From: Geosiphon pyriformis uo1
Taxonomy: Eukaryota > Fungi > Glomeromycota
Assembly (NCBI GenBank): GCA_016748015.1
Contig: JAAOMT010000299.1
Coordinates: 62,001 to 126,000, forward strand
Length of the DNA stretch: 64,000 nt
Direction of reading: 5' to 3'
Shown: piece after piece, positions 33,769 to 47,567 of the stretch
Layout: each line of letters begins with the position of its first letter
How positions within the stretch are numbered: position 1 is the first letter of the stretch
Notes under the pieces: generated by a model
Told to the model about the DNA's origin: nothing
The model's database searches: none
The model's input: the letters and a program-made list of their open reading frames with translations, nothing else
Position numbers and translations under genes: made by a program

Positions 33769-35050
33769 ATGAACTTGAACAACTACTCTGCTTTAATAGA
33801 ATTTTTGGGTAAAAAACAATACCCACCAGAATACACTTGACAGCAAAAAAAACATTTGCACAAACAATCAAATTTCTATTTGATTCACCAAAACCAATTA
33901 TACAAAAGAAACAGAAAAGATTCTGACTGCTCTCAGAGAGTTATCAGATTTAAAGAAAGAGAAATTGTAATATACAACATGTACATTGACTCATTAGCTA
34001 GACACTTTAGAAAAACAAAAACAATTCAGAAAACTTTAGCTTACTATTATTGGCCTATCTTAGGAAAGAACATTGCTGAATATATCAAAACTTGTAACAT
34101 CTGCCAAAGAAGAAGCAAATCCAATCGCAAAGAAGATATTCATCTAATCTCTATTAACTATTTGACAGAATTGGTATAGATGTTGTTGAATCTTTAACAA
34201 TAATCTTTGATGACAACAAATACATTATTACAGCTACTGACTATCTTACAAAATGGATAAAAACAAGAGCCACTTCAGACCAAATAGCAGTTTCAATAGC
34301 CAATTTCATTTATGAAGATATCATCTGCCATTATGACTGCTCCAAAAAACTTTTATCTGATAGAGAAAGAGCTTTTCTCAGTACACTGGTTGAAAAACTT
34401 TGTAGAAAAATGGGAATATGTCATAAACTTTCCTCTTTTTATCATCTCCAAACAAATGGTCTAGTGGAATATTTCAATAGAATTCTATGTAAAACTCTAG
34501 CCAAAACCAGTAAAAAAACAAATTTATGAGACAAAGTACTGTTTTCAGCTTTGTTTGCTTATAGAACTGTAAATCATGACATAACAAATCATAAATCTTT
34601 TTATCTGTTCTACAGACACATGGCAATACTACCAATAGAAACTGATATTGAAACAATACTCTTTGAAGAGATTACAATAGGAAATTACAAAGACATTTTG
34701 CAAAAAAAACTTGGTACAATTTTTGACTTCTTAATAAAAGCACAAATAATTGCTTTTGAAAAGATAAAACAGTTTTAAGAAAAGCTTAAGAAAAAAAAAA
34801 TCTATAAAACACTTTCTTTAAGTATTGGTAACTTGGTACTAGAATATTATTCAGACAGAGACAATGTTTATGGTGATAAATTCTCTAATTAATAAAAAGG
34901 ACTCTTTATAGTCAACAAAGTTTTGAACAATAGTTCTTATATTCTTCAAGATCAATCTAGAACAATCTTCAATGATCATTCTGTTCATGATACATGACTC
35001 AAGAAATATCATAAATGACCTAATTGGCTGCTTATTGTAATAATACTGAC
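33769..35050 (+). pseudogene. Integrase of H (HHCC + DDE core), apparently a separate ORF
   Basis: ATG 33769; YYWP..CNICQ; IGIDVV, LSD, QTNGLVE. Confidence 0.88.
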
Positions 35051-35119
35051 TCAAATGATTAGCAAAAATCAAATATAAATAAATACATCATTTCCAAAAC
35101 AGAGATATTTTTAATTAAC

Positions 35120-35776
35120 ATGAACAATTATTTTCTGGATCAAAATATTCAAAATGCCTTTTATACTTTCCATAAGTATTGGATTAAAAACTATCCAAAT
35201 GCTACTCTGACTATTGGAAAACAGACCACTATAACTGATAACAATGGAACACATACTGTTATTAGACCAAAGAAAACTACTACCAGAAAAGAAAGAATTG
35301 GTAACAAAATGGATAAATATTTGTTGGAAAGTATAACAGCAGCTATATTTCCACCTTCCAGCACAATTGGAAAAACACTCCAAGAAATCTTACCCATAGA
35401 CAAAAATTTGGCATATAGAAGGCAATTAGAATTCTATGGTTGCCTTGGTAAAATCATAGAGGATATGAAATTTATAAAGAAAACAACTTCAGAGATACAG
35501 GCAGAAATTTTGGGCATTATATGATTAGATGTCCCAAGAGTTTTAACTATTGCTAAAAGAGCCAAAACTCTAATACAAAGATTTGGTCTCTTGAATACAA
35601 AACTCATTTCACCTCAAGTATTATATACTTTATCCACAAAAGACTTTAACAAACTAGTTAGCTTTGATTTAGATAAAACCCTTCAACTAGATTACATCAT
35701 AAATAGCTTGATTTCATTGAAGCTCAATCTCTTTGGAGAAGATGATGTTATGGTTGAAACTTATACTTCTTATTAA
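35120..35776 (+). pseudogene. ORF3 of H (unknown function, one internal TGA)
   Basis: ORFs 35120-35524 and 35591-35776 share a frame; position between integrase and 3' LTR; motifs shared with ORF3 of F and E. Confidence 0.7.
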
Positions 35777-36386
35777 TTATCACATGTATTAGTCACTGAT
35801 GTCATATAAATTAACCACTTTATTTTTAGAAAGTAATTATTGACCTGATCATTGACCACTTTTGATAGCCATATAAGTGATGAATTTCTTAGCTATAGAA
35901 AAGCATGTAGAAATTAAGAAAATCAAATAAATAAAATAACAACTTTCATCTCAATCATTTTTTTATCACTAATTTCCCTTTCCCTACCTTCAAATATCTG
36001 AACATCTTAAGATAAAAGATATTTGTTGGCCTTTACCTACCCTTTTCCTGAAATGTGTAATTACAGCATTTGAAGATTATTGAATAAAACATGACTGAAG
36101 AGTACATCTAATATCTAATATTGAATTCTAAAAGCACTGACATGAGACTAGAATTATATCAGGCATGATTATTTGTTGACAGTATGAACTATTCCTCTAC
36201 CTTCAGATTCCCTGGTTATTTTTTGAAAAGTACAATGACTGAGATATTTTATAAGACTGATCTTGCACATTGAATCTATACTCATTCAATTCGCTCTTTG
36301 AAGTTGAATTCTCTTTGATTCTTTTCATCATCCTACAATCCTGTTTTCTCTTGCTATCTGTTAGTTTGTTACTCCAATCTGTAACA
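35746..36386 (+). repeat. 3' LTR of H (641 bp)
   Basis: TGTTATGG..CTGTAACA; preceded by PPT. Confidence 0.95.
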
Positions 36387-36390
36387 ATAT

Positions 36391-38630
36391 ATTAATTACA
36401 AAGAATTAATATTTATTTAGAAGCAAAAATTTGGAGACAATTGTCATACAAAATAGAAAATAAAACTATTACTATTTAATTATACAGTACATTATAAAAA
36501 GAGAAAAAAAACAGAAATATTGATAATTTATCACAAATAAAACAAATTTAAAAACATTTTAACCCAAAAATATAACAAAAAATAAATACACAAAAATATC
36601 AAAAATTTTAACATTAAATTAATATCTAACAGTTAAAAAAAAATTATTTCAAAAAGAACAAAACAACATAAAATAACAATCAAAGTATTTTATTATTTAC
36701 CAAAATATACTATATTAAAAAAACAAAAAAAATTCAGACCAGCTACTCAGAGTAATTACAGAATTAAAAAAAAACAATACTGTTTAATATCTATTTAGAT
36801 CTAATTACAGAATATTTCCATAAAAAAGCAATTATAGAAAGAACCAGAAAAAAATACTATTAATTATTAATATATTTAGCTATTATTTAATATGTTTAAA
36901 TTATAATATTTATCAAAAAAAAAGAGGAACAAAACTTAGCAAATTATTAAAACCAATTAAAATAGAACAATTATTTAATTAAATTGAAATTGACTTAGTA
37001 AAATTATTAACCATAATCAATAGAGACAATTAATACATAGTAGTAGTTATAAACTATCTTATAAAATGGCCAGAAGTTAAAATTATTCAAAGAACAGATG
37101 TAAAATTTACATATTATGATTTGATTTGTCAATATAAATGTCCAAAAAAATTGTTATTAGACCAAGAAACTTATTTTATGAACAAAAAATTGACAAAATT
37201 AAGTCAAAGATTTGGAATTAAACAATCATTATTATTTTTATATTATTTACAAACAAATAACTTAGTTGAAAGATTTAATAAAACATTATGTAAAACAATA
37301 GCCAAAATCAGTCAAAAAACCCAGAACAAATAGAATTTATTTATATTATCAGTATTATTTACTTATTAAACAATAAACCAAGATACAACACAAACAACAC
37401 TATTTGAACTAGTTTATAATAGAACAACAACATTACTACTTAAGATAAATATTAATACATATTTAATAAAACCAATAATAGAAGCCAACTTTTAAGAAAC
37501 ATTGCTAAAAAAAACATATAACTTAAAGAAAACTTTAAAAAACAAAAGACAAAAAACAGCTAATAACATATAAAAGTTACAAAAAAACAACATAACAACT
37601 AATTATCAAATAAATTGGTTAAATTCAGGATTAAAAAAAAAGTATTTTTATATTGTATTAAAGTAAAAAAACAATAAAGTGAAAAGTTTAATCCTAAATA
37701 GAACAGTCTATTTTACATTGAAAAAATTCTAGAAAATAAAGCTTATAAATTAAGATAAAACAACAAAATTTTAATTAAAGCAGTATATAATAATTGACTA
37801 AAACTATATTACAATATAACATTATTGTTTACTGGTAATATTTCACAACTAAGAATACAAAGAATACTAATTAAACCAGATAAGATTCCATAAGATTTAA
37901 AACCAATTATAATTATTAAAAAAAACATGAAAAAATAAATTAAAATAAAAATATATAAAAACACAATATACATAATAAAAGCAATATTAAAAAATAGAAA
38001 TACCAGACCACATTTACATAATGACACAACAATTGTTTCAAGCCATAAATTAACAACAATTAGATATAGAAATTATTATTAATTACTAAATAATTTGTTA
38101 TAAAAACACAAAAAAAAAAAAAGGCAAAAATTACTTTATACTAATAATTATAAGACCAAACAAAACACTAGTCAGATAAAATTATAAAAAAAGTAAAAAA
38201 CACTTTTGGGAAAATACCAATTACTGTTCTAAAAAAAGAACTAATTAAAAAAACTAAAAGCTATAAATAAAACAATTTTTAATAGCATACTATTACTATT
38301 AGTTAAAACAAAAGTTAAATATTTAAGAATTATATATTAATAAATCCAAAAAAATGTTCAATTAAAAAATAATACAATAAACTGAAGACTTTATTAAAAA
38401 AAAACAAATTTATACTATATATTAAAACAATTTATTAATTATACATTATATTTTAAATTTATTCAAAAATATTAATATATTCAAAAATAAAAAAAATAAC
38501 TATTAATCAGTAAGGAAAAATAACCAATTTTCAATTCAAAAACATAAAAACCAGAATTAAATAAATAATATTAATAAAAAAGTAATAAACTTAATTTAAA
38601 ATAAGAATTTTGATGAAGTTCAATATTAAA
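36391..38630 (+). pseudogene. pol: End of RNase H, integrase and ORF3 of G (heavily mutated)
   Basis: CPKKLLLDQETYF, QTNNLVERFNKTL; colinear with reverse complement of ~57290-59580. Confidence 0.85.
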
Positions 38631-38639
38631 AAAAAATAT

Positions 38640-38896
38640 TATTACTTATAAAAAAAGAATGCAAAAAAAAAAGAAAAAACAAATTATAAAATAAACCAAT
38701 AATAGAATAATACTTAATAAATAAACACATTTTTAGAAAATTATGACACATTTTCAGAAAATTATAATATATTTTTAAAAATAAGCATATTTTTAGGAAG
38801 TAATATCAAAAAAATAGAAATGTATAGATCTTATATAATATAAATTATGTATATATAACAAAAATATTAGAAGCAGAAAAGACAGAATAATAACAA
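38640..38896 (+). repeat. 5' part (U3) of 3' LTR of G, cut by insertion D
   Basis: Begins TATTACTTAT (mutated TGTTACTCAT) after the PPT region; parallels start of D LTR through the TATA box. Confidence 0.75.
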
Positions 38897-39734
38897 TGTT
38901 ACTCATAGAAAAAACATACAAGAAAATAAATAGGAAAAACAGATAAATCAATAAGAGAATAGTAGTTAACACATGAGCACATTGCTTAGTAATATAAAGT
39001 ATTGTTAGAAATTATGACACATTGCTTAGCAATATGGAGCAATATCAGAAAATCATGACATATTGCTTAAAAAATTATAACACATCACTTGGGAATATGA
39101 GTAATCTTATAGAATCCAAATTATGTATATATAGCAAGAGTGTTAGAAACAAAAAAGACAAAATTGATATCAAGATTTCTTGGTTAAAACATCTTAGTTA
39201 GAATTATTAATATTAATAAATAATTATTCACCATCTAAATTATTTTTACTACTATCAACACTTTATGTTAATAGTCTCTGATATTTGATCATATTGAAAC
39301 AATAGCTCTTGATCATAACTATTAACAGAATACTAACTTTTTCTTGTCTTGGCTTATTTTTTTATTTTATTTTATTTTATTTTATTTCTTTTTTATTTTA
39401 TTTTTTTTGTTTCATTATTATTTACTAATTGATTAAGAATTAAATACATGGAGTTATTGATGTCAAAGTAACTGGTAAAAGGCCCAAGAATAAAGATAGA
39501 ATACTCAAAAATTGAGGATAGCTTACCAAAAAAATTACCAGCCACTATGTTAAGAAAAAAATTTGATAGAATTGCAATTTCAGGAAGTGACAAATAAAAA
39601 CAACACTTAAATCTCTGTTTATTATACAAAAAACTCAAACCAAAATCTTTAGATATTACCAACTATATCAGCTATTAAGCACCAAATTATGGATTTGTTA
39701 TTTGATTTAAAACCCCAAATAATCACTTGTAATA
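38897..39734 (+). repeat. 5' LTR of D
   Basis: TGTTACTCAT..TGTAATA; R-U5 homologous to LTRs of I and E. Confidence 0.9.
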
Positions 39735-39736
39735 TT

Positions 39737-39753
39737 TGGTGCTTTCTGTGAGA
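39737..39753 (+). promoter_or_regulatory. PBS of D (TGGTGCTTTCTGTGAGA)
   Basis: 2 nt after LTR; transition variant of the C PBS. Confidence 0.82.
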
Positions 39754-39789
39754 TATAATCTTACAGAAAATCAGCACTAGCAATAACTA

Positions 39790-42700
39790 TTCAAAAGTGA
39801 CAGAATTAAAAAGAAAAAGAACAAACCATTTAGGATTTGCCAAATCTATATTTTAACACTACTGTCAACACTTGAGATTAACCAACAACCAACTATTAGT
39901 GGAATCAGTCTTCAACTTTTACATCAACAAAAAAATTAAATATTTTCTGAAAAAACCAGTAAATACTGAATTAGCAAGAGAAAATTTCTACAACAAATTA
40001 ATTCAATACATCAGCTTATTATTAAATTACAACTTTGCTTCAATCATCACTGAAATCAACAAAGAAATTGAAAATTACATTCAATAAACATTTCCTATTA
40101 TCTATGCAAAAAAAACAAAGGAAACTACAAACATTAGCAAGAATCTCAAAGCAAATATAATTACTTACTTAGAAGAAACAAAGAATTAATTTACTAGTTA
40201 ATTTATCATATCATTACACACTTGGAAGTACTATTAATATAACATTAATAAGTATATCTACAGCAAATACAACAACCCTATTGAACAGATTTTTGTTCCA
40301 AAGTAAACAAAAAAAAGCAGAGTTATTAGAAACCTATGGCAATTATTTTAAGAAATTTAAATTATGATTCTCAACACCATCAAGATTTCAATCACCACTA
40401 TCTCAACCAAATTTTGGAATTACTAGTCCATAAAATGTAATAAAATTAGAGAAAAAAAAAACAACAATCAGGAATTTAATTATCAAAACCCAATTCTAAA
40501 AATCTCAGAAATTCAAACTCTGATTGTTACAACTCAGCAAAATCAAAACAATCCAAATTCTAATATTACTAATCAGCAAAACTTATTTCCAATAATTATG
40601 ATCAATTCACTATTAGTTGCCACACCCTCACAACAGCCACAGCCACAACCTTAGCAACAACCATCACAACTACAACTTTAACAACCAATAACCTATGCTT
40701 TAATTACAAAACTTAAAAAATTTACTGGCAAAAAAGATAACACCTAAGCCTGGTTAAACAATATCACTAAAGCAATTATGGCAAATAACTAGGATAATGC
40801 TAAAGCATTTCAAGCAATCCCATATTTTTTTCAAGATATTGCCAATTTATAGCATCAAAATCTTGTTAACAAATTACAAAACTTTAATGTATTTAAAACT
40901 GTGTTTCTATAGTATTTAAGTAATAATAATAGTATTAATTACCTAGTCAATAGTTTCACTACAATTAAACAAAGTGATACTAAAACAGTTACCACCTATT
41001 TTAGACACTTTCACAAAAATTTGTGCCAAATACAAGTCATTGAAGCTGACTACTTCACAGTGTCACAGATTCTGAATCAGTTTATTCACAAGTTATACAG
41101 CAGCTTGCTACAGAGAGTATGTCCAATGCACCCAAATACATTCCAAAACACAGTCATATATGCCCAAGATTTTAAATCAGCAAAGTTAAAAGCCAATTAT
41201 ATCCAAGCCATAAATCTAGTAATAAATGAATCATCTAAATTAGATTCCAAATTGAAACAATTTAATAATTTAATTAATCAGAAATTGGAATGATACTTAG
41301 TTAACAATCAGACTATTTATCAATTTTCACAATAACATAATAATCAAGGAAACTCAAATCATTTCCAAAATCAGTTACATTCTCTATTATTAACCAATCA
41401 ACCATGGTAGCCAGAAATGTGTACCTACTACAATTGTAGTAAACAAGGTCATATTAGAATTGACTGCTGTTTTAATAATAACCCACAATCAGGAAATTAA
41501 TATTGAAACTCTGATTGCTAATATCTAACTCCAAATTATCAACCAAATTAGAATTACTATTAATTCTATTACCTACTCATAACACAACAAATATACTCAT
41601 CTCCTGTATATTAAATTCTAGCATCCATAATATATCAACTGCAGCCACAAATTATTTATCAATCTCAACAACTTCAAACACTGCCACAAATTTCAGATCA
41701 AATAACATCTGAAAATCAAAGGCCAAGAATGACCCAGAACTGGAGATCAGCAATAGTTGTTTATCAGCCAATTTCAAGCTCTTCAAACCAATCATTAAAA
41801 TCATGCCAGTGGAATTCAAGAACTAGATATGCCTAAAATCCGAATTTTTAGAACTATTTAAGTCTTTTGGTTAACTCTAAAGACACATCATCCAACAAAC
41901 CAGAGTTTAACCAAAAGCAGCCACTTACCAACAATATTTTACCAACAACCATTACTAACAACAACTTATTAAAAGTCATCTTTCTTTTTGAACTCAAAGA
42001 ACCAGCAATAAAACTCCTATTTAGTGGAGCTGCTTTTAATATTAAACCAATCATGACCATATATACTGATGTGAAAATTGATAGCCACCCTATCAAACTG
42101 ATTTTTAATAATGGTTTAGCAAACAGGATTATTACCAAACAATTCATAAACCAATTAAATTGCTAAGTTGATTATGCTACTAGCATCAGAATAATAATGG
42201 TTAATAGAACAACAAAAACTCCAATCAGCAAAATTGATAACTTCCCTTTTGAAGTTAATGGCATTATTACATCTATCAATGTGTTAGTAATAAAAGCCAC
42301 CTAGTACCAAGTTTTCATTGGTAATGACTGGCTGTTCAAAACTAATGTGGTACTCAACTGGAACACTCAGGAGCTACAACTCAGTCAAAATAGCTAACAC
42401 ACTCGAGTACCAGCCATTTGTGGTCATTTCAAGACTACTATTAATAAACAGCCACTAATTAAGTTAGAAAAAGAAGAAAAAAAACCTACTTAGAAAATGT
42501 ATCAGATATCATGGGCCAAAAAAAAACACAATAAATTACTATTGATACTTACATAGAAAGAGAAAAGAAAAAGAAAAAAAAGAGAAGAAGAAAAAACCCA
42601 AGCAACTACCTTCACATATACTCTATACAGCACTACTACTCAATGTCAACCAAACTATTATCGACCAAAATTAATTTGTGTCAATTGTAACAAGAAATTG

Positions 42701-45700
42701 TCAACAATAGATACATATTATGGCAATAATAAGAAATGGCCAATAACTACCAAATATTATTGTCACCTATGCATCTTGGAATGCTTTGGATGACCAAAAA
42801 AACAAGAAAAATAGAACAATAAGTTTTGTTTTACATGTAAAATAATTCTTCATAATGAAGGAATGTGAAATAACATTTTTGAGTAAGAAAAAACATGTGA
42901 CAAAATATGTTAGTACATAATTCTAATCAACAATTGGATACAAAAAGGGACTTCAATTAACAATGCCTAAAAACAAGCACTATGATGCTTAAAAGAATAT
43001 TTATATAATAAACACAAGATATAAAAAATAGCAAGCACCAAAGTTGAAAGTGCTTTAACCAGCAAACTGCTGAAAATTAAGAACAATTCACTCTTATTAT
43101 CCAAACCAGAATATATCCTTACTTTTAACATCTTTAATGATATCAAGAATAATCCAAAGCAGTTCTATGAATACTATCAGAATTTGGTACTTACACGAAA
43201 AAAGTAAAAACAACATTTAGAAGAGCTAAATACCCAACTATGTAACTATTGTTTAATACCATGTAACTTTTAGTATTGTAATAATTGTAACCTCATTTAC
43301 AATTTACCACCATACATAATCTACATGATTCCAAAAAAAGAAGAACCAATTAGCAGCTGCACTTTAGAATTGGAATAACCATTTAATTCCAATTTAAATT
43401 CTAATAACAATAATAAAAACAACAGTTCCAGTTCAATCCAAAAGAGCAACACTGATAATAACAATTCAAACTCTGATTCAAACTTCAAACAATATATTAC
43501 ATTCCTTAATCTGTTTAAAAAACAAGAATTGAAATGGTTTAGTGATAATAATGAAAATATTATGCTAGAATGTATGCACAATATTGATACAAGATTTGAT
43601 CTTAGATATTTAGAAAAAAATGCCATCAAATTAGAGCCATATTTATATACATGCATAGATTTAAAAATAATACTGAAAATTCTGACAACAACAATAATTT
43701 AATTAGTTTTTAGATCTAATTTAGCAAAGAAAGGAATAAATATAAGAGAAAAAATAATTAATACAGAATATATAGGAAATATCATTATAATACTACAAAA
43801 TAATTCAGAAAAAGCATATATTATCAAGCTAAATAAAAAGATAGCACAGACAATATTTCTACTTCTGATTAAAATAGCTCAGTTAGTATTAATAAGAAAA
43901 AGAAAAAAATTAAGGATGACAATAAGAGGGATAAGTGGATTTAAATCCATGAGTAGAATAGACATACCAGTTAACATGGCAGAAAAAAAAGTTATTGACA
44001 AAAAGAAAAATTATCTCCATTTATTAATTAATTTCTATCTCACTATATGACCAGTACATATTAGTTATAGAAAAAAAAGTAAAAAGTCAAGCTCAAATTT
44101 TTGAAGTAGAAACTATAATTTGTAAATCAGAAAATATTGAACTTATCAATCTTTATATATTAGCCAAAAGCCCTAAACACATCAAAATTTCTATCCACAA
44201 CACAATTGAAGAACCATTATTGGATACTTAAACACTAAAGTTGAGGATCAACTACCAAACCTTATTTTAGATTTTCTACAACTATGCAGATATGTGGATA
44301 TTATATTATAAACTATATATAAATAAAAAGAATGCTATTTGCTCTAATCAGAACAATTGGAACAAATAAATTTGGGAAACTTAGATCTACTTCATTGAAT
44401 GCAGCTCAAGATGTTACTTAACAATTTCACTGATATCTTTGCAAGTGAAAATAAATTTGATAGAACTAACATCATTTAATCAGATTAAGACTAGAGATAC
44501 AATGCCAATTAAACAAAAAGCATACAGAATACTACCAGCAAGCCATGAAATCATTTGACAGAAAATTAACCAGATGTTAGACAACAGATTAATTCAACTA
44601 TCAATAAGTCTATGGTTATTACCAGTGGTACTAGTTTGCAAAAAAAATGGGAAAATTTGCTTTTGTGTAGATTACAGAAAACTCAACAGTGTTATTTGTA
44701 GAAACAGCTATCTAACTCTATAGATTCAGGAATTATTTGATGCTTTTGTAGGAAAAAAATGGTTCTTAACCTTAAATTTAGACAGGAGTTACTGGCAAGT
44801 AGCCATAAAACCAGAAGACAAAGAGAAAACTGTATTTACCACAAGAGAAAAGAATTTTGAATTTGAAGTTATACTATTTAGCTTAACCAATACACCAGCC
44901 ATTTTCCAATAGCTAATAGAAATTGTTTACACTAGACTGTTATAGAAATTAGTAATAGTCTACTTAGATAATATCAATGTATTCTTAAAAACATTTGATA
45001 ACCATCTTTATTATTTATAACAAATGTTTGAAAGACTAAGACAAGCAGGACTAAAGTTAAATGCCACCAAATGCTTTTTCAGCAAGACAAAATTGAAATT
45101 TTTGGGACATGTTATAAGCAAAGATAGCATCAAAACAGATTCAGATAAAATTGAGATAGTCAAAAACTTTTTAGTACCAACAAATTTGACAGAACTACAA
45201 GTATTCTTGGAATTTGCCAGATACTACTGCTGCTTTATCCAAAACTTTTCAAAAATAGCTCAATTACTTTACCAGCTTCAAGCCAAAAATATAAAATATA
45301 AATGAATGGAAACCCAGCAAAAAGCTTTTGATATACTAAAAAGCAAGCTTATCTAAGCACCAGTGTTAATCTATCCAGATTACAACAAGCCATTTATTAT
45401 TATTACCAGTGCATCTGGTTAAGCATTAAGAGCTATACTATCTCAGAAAAGACTGAATGAATGAGAACATCCAGTGGCATATGCCAACCAAAATTTGAGT
45501 CCAGCTAAAAAGAACTATAGAACACCAGCACTAAAACACTTAGCTATCTATTGAGCAATTATGAAATAGAAAGAATACTTAAGCCAGAAATTTGATATAT
45601 ACACTAATTACAAAGAATTAACATTAATTCAGAAGCAAAAATTTGGAAACAACTATTATGTCAGATAGAAAATAGAACTTTTACTATTCAAATATACAAT

Positions 45701-45739
45701 ACATTATAAAAAGAGAAAAAAAAATAGAAATGCTGATGG
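39790..45739 (+). pseudogene. pol: gag-pol of D (gag, protease ~42050-42430, Cys-rich ~42670-43300, dUTPase ~43530-43960, RT ~44560-45250, RNase H)
   Basis: KLIFNNGLA (degenerate LILDSGSA), FIGNDWL, DTRFDLRY, FCVDYRKLN, YLDNI, LKFLGHVISKD. Confidence 0.9.
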
Positions 45740-46517
45740 TATTATCTGAGTAGAAAAACTGATTCAAAGTTATGAAGAAACATGACCAAAAACGTAACAT
45801 AACCCAGAATAGCACACAATAACATTAGATAATATGTTATAACTTAGAATAACACAAGATAATGTGTTATAATATGGGATAACACAAAATAACATATAAT
45901 AACACCAAATAACATGTTATAACAAAGAATAACTAAGAATAACATAAAAGAACAAAGCAATAACAGAAATAACAAAGCAATGGTTAGCAATAATAAAACA
46001 ATCAAAATCAATCCTATAAAACCAAAAGAATATATAAAAGCAAGTAGTTGCAAAAGTTAAAAAAGGACATTTAGATACAAACCACTAGACAAGAATCAAA
46101 TATTTATACCCTTTCATCATTTATTATATTCCATATTCATCTTTTGAAATAAATCAATTATTAAAAAATCAGAATCATGAATTTATGTTTTTGAATTTTG
46201 TGGAATTTACGTAAATTAATTATTGTTTCATACTTTCATTCCAGAACAGATGCTCTTAGTATAACTGTCTTGAACTATTAACAATTTGGACCAATTGTTT
46301 TTGATCATGACAATTGATAATACTAATTTATCTTTTTTTTTATTTTATTTTATTTTATTTTCTTTTCTTTTTCTTTCTTTATTTTTCTTTTGTGGAGTGG
46401 CAACATAATAAAAATCAACTGTCTGGAAATAGACTTTATGATAGTCTGGTAAAAGAAAAAAGCTCTTCCTAGGTGTTTGGATATTAATGTTATTTTGATA
46501 GCTTACCAGAAGAGTGA
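45740..46517 (+). repeat. Family C LTR (copy C2), 5' part, inserted in D and cut by element E
   Basis: Aligns with 2598-3305; begins TATTATC (mutated TGTTAC); alignment stops exactly where the E LTR starts. Confidence 0.87.
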
Positions 46518-46595
46518 TATTACAAATAATTATTTGGGATCTCAAAGCAAATAACAAACTTGTAACTTGGTGCTCAATTGATGCTATGGTGGTAA

Positions 46596-47567
46596 TGTTA
46601 CTGGAGGTTTTTGGTCTCTTTTCTTGAATGTTGTTAATGTTGATTTGCTGTGAATTCACGTTTCCAGGAAGTAGTTGGACCTCCAGTAACTGAATTTATC
46701 TTCAAATTATCTCCTATAATTTGAACTGCTGGGCTTATGAGTGGAATGGCCAATTCCTTGCCAGTTACTTTATGTAGTTACGTTGTAGTAAACATCAATT
46801 TTTTCCCAGGAATTGCTCGTCTGGAAGCTCACTAAAAATGTGTAGTTACTTTGCTGTAAAAGTCAACTCTTCTACAGGAATCTCGTTTGTAGGCTACCCT
46901 AATGATTATAATAAGAAAAAGAAAGAAAAATAAAAGAAATGTAAAAGAAATAGAATTTATCAAGGGAAACGTTTTCTATCCAGGCCTGGAGTTACTAACA
47001 GATTATTGAAATTGGTAGCTAATCAATTTCAAAACGTTAGTTGTGTTGAGAGAATTTCAAGTGTGATAATTTTAAGAATTTGTTTTTTGAATATTTAATT
47101 TTTATTTGAATGTATAAAAAGTAATTTGTTTCAATTAAGATATTTAAAGTAAGATACTATGTTAAAAGACTATGAGAAGATACATTTTCTTGAAGAGAGA
47201 AGCTCTTCTTTTATACAACTTGTTGTAGTACTAGTTTTTGAACTTGCACTTTTCTCTTTTCTACAATTTGGGTGAATTAAAGATACATTTCGGCGAATTT
47301 ACAAGTTATTTCACTGAACTATTGATTATTTCAGCGAATTTTCATTAATTTCGGCGAATTTTGACTATGCTAAATGGTTCAGAGTATTGTGTAATTTGAT
47401 CATCTTAATTTCTAGAGTACAAATCGGATTATTGATTGAGTAATAATATTTGATAATTTGATTAAATAATAAGTGATAATCGAAATGATAATGATATATG
47501 CTAATTAATAATAAGAATTATAAGGGTAATTTCATGCTAATTAATAGCTAAAATTCTACTGGTAACA
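46596..47567 (-). repeat. 3' LTR of F
   Basis: TGTTACTGG..CTGGTAACA; direct repeat of 55510-56480. Confidence 0.96.

Larger units (their letters stand above)
25110..36386 (+). mobile_element. Full-length Ty3/Gypsy element H (no dUTPase), ATAT TSD, inserted in RNase H of G
   Basis: Paired LTRs (25110-25553 + 29153-29421; 35746-36386), PBS 29428-29444, PPT GGAGAAGATGA, ATAT at 25106-09 and 36387-90. Confidence 0.95.
21619..38896 (+). mobile_element. Ty3/Gypsy element G, 5'-truncated in protease; interrupted by H (25110-36386); 3' LTR interrupted by D
   Basis: Protease half, Cys-rich, dUTPase (~23030-23450), RT (~24060-24780), RNase H to 25109; resumes in frame at 36391 (DVY|INY) with integrase, ORF3, PPT and LTR start at 38640. 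Confidence 0.9.
38897..45739 (+). mobile_element. Ty3/Gypsy element D (5' LTR to end of RNase H), interrupted by a family C LTR
   Basis: LTR 38897-39734, PBS 39737-39753, gag, CCHC (~41425-41465), protease, Cys-rich, dUTPase, RT, RNase H ending NADG at ~45739. Confidence 0.92.

Noticed and set aside
35120-35776. env gene (errantivirus-like)
   Set aside because: No signal peptide, furin site or transmembrane segment visible; reported as non-env ORF3
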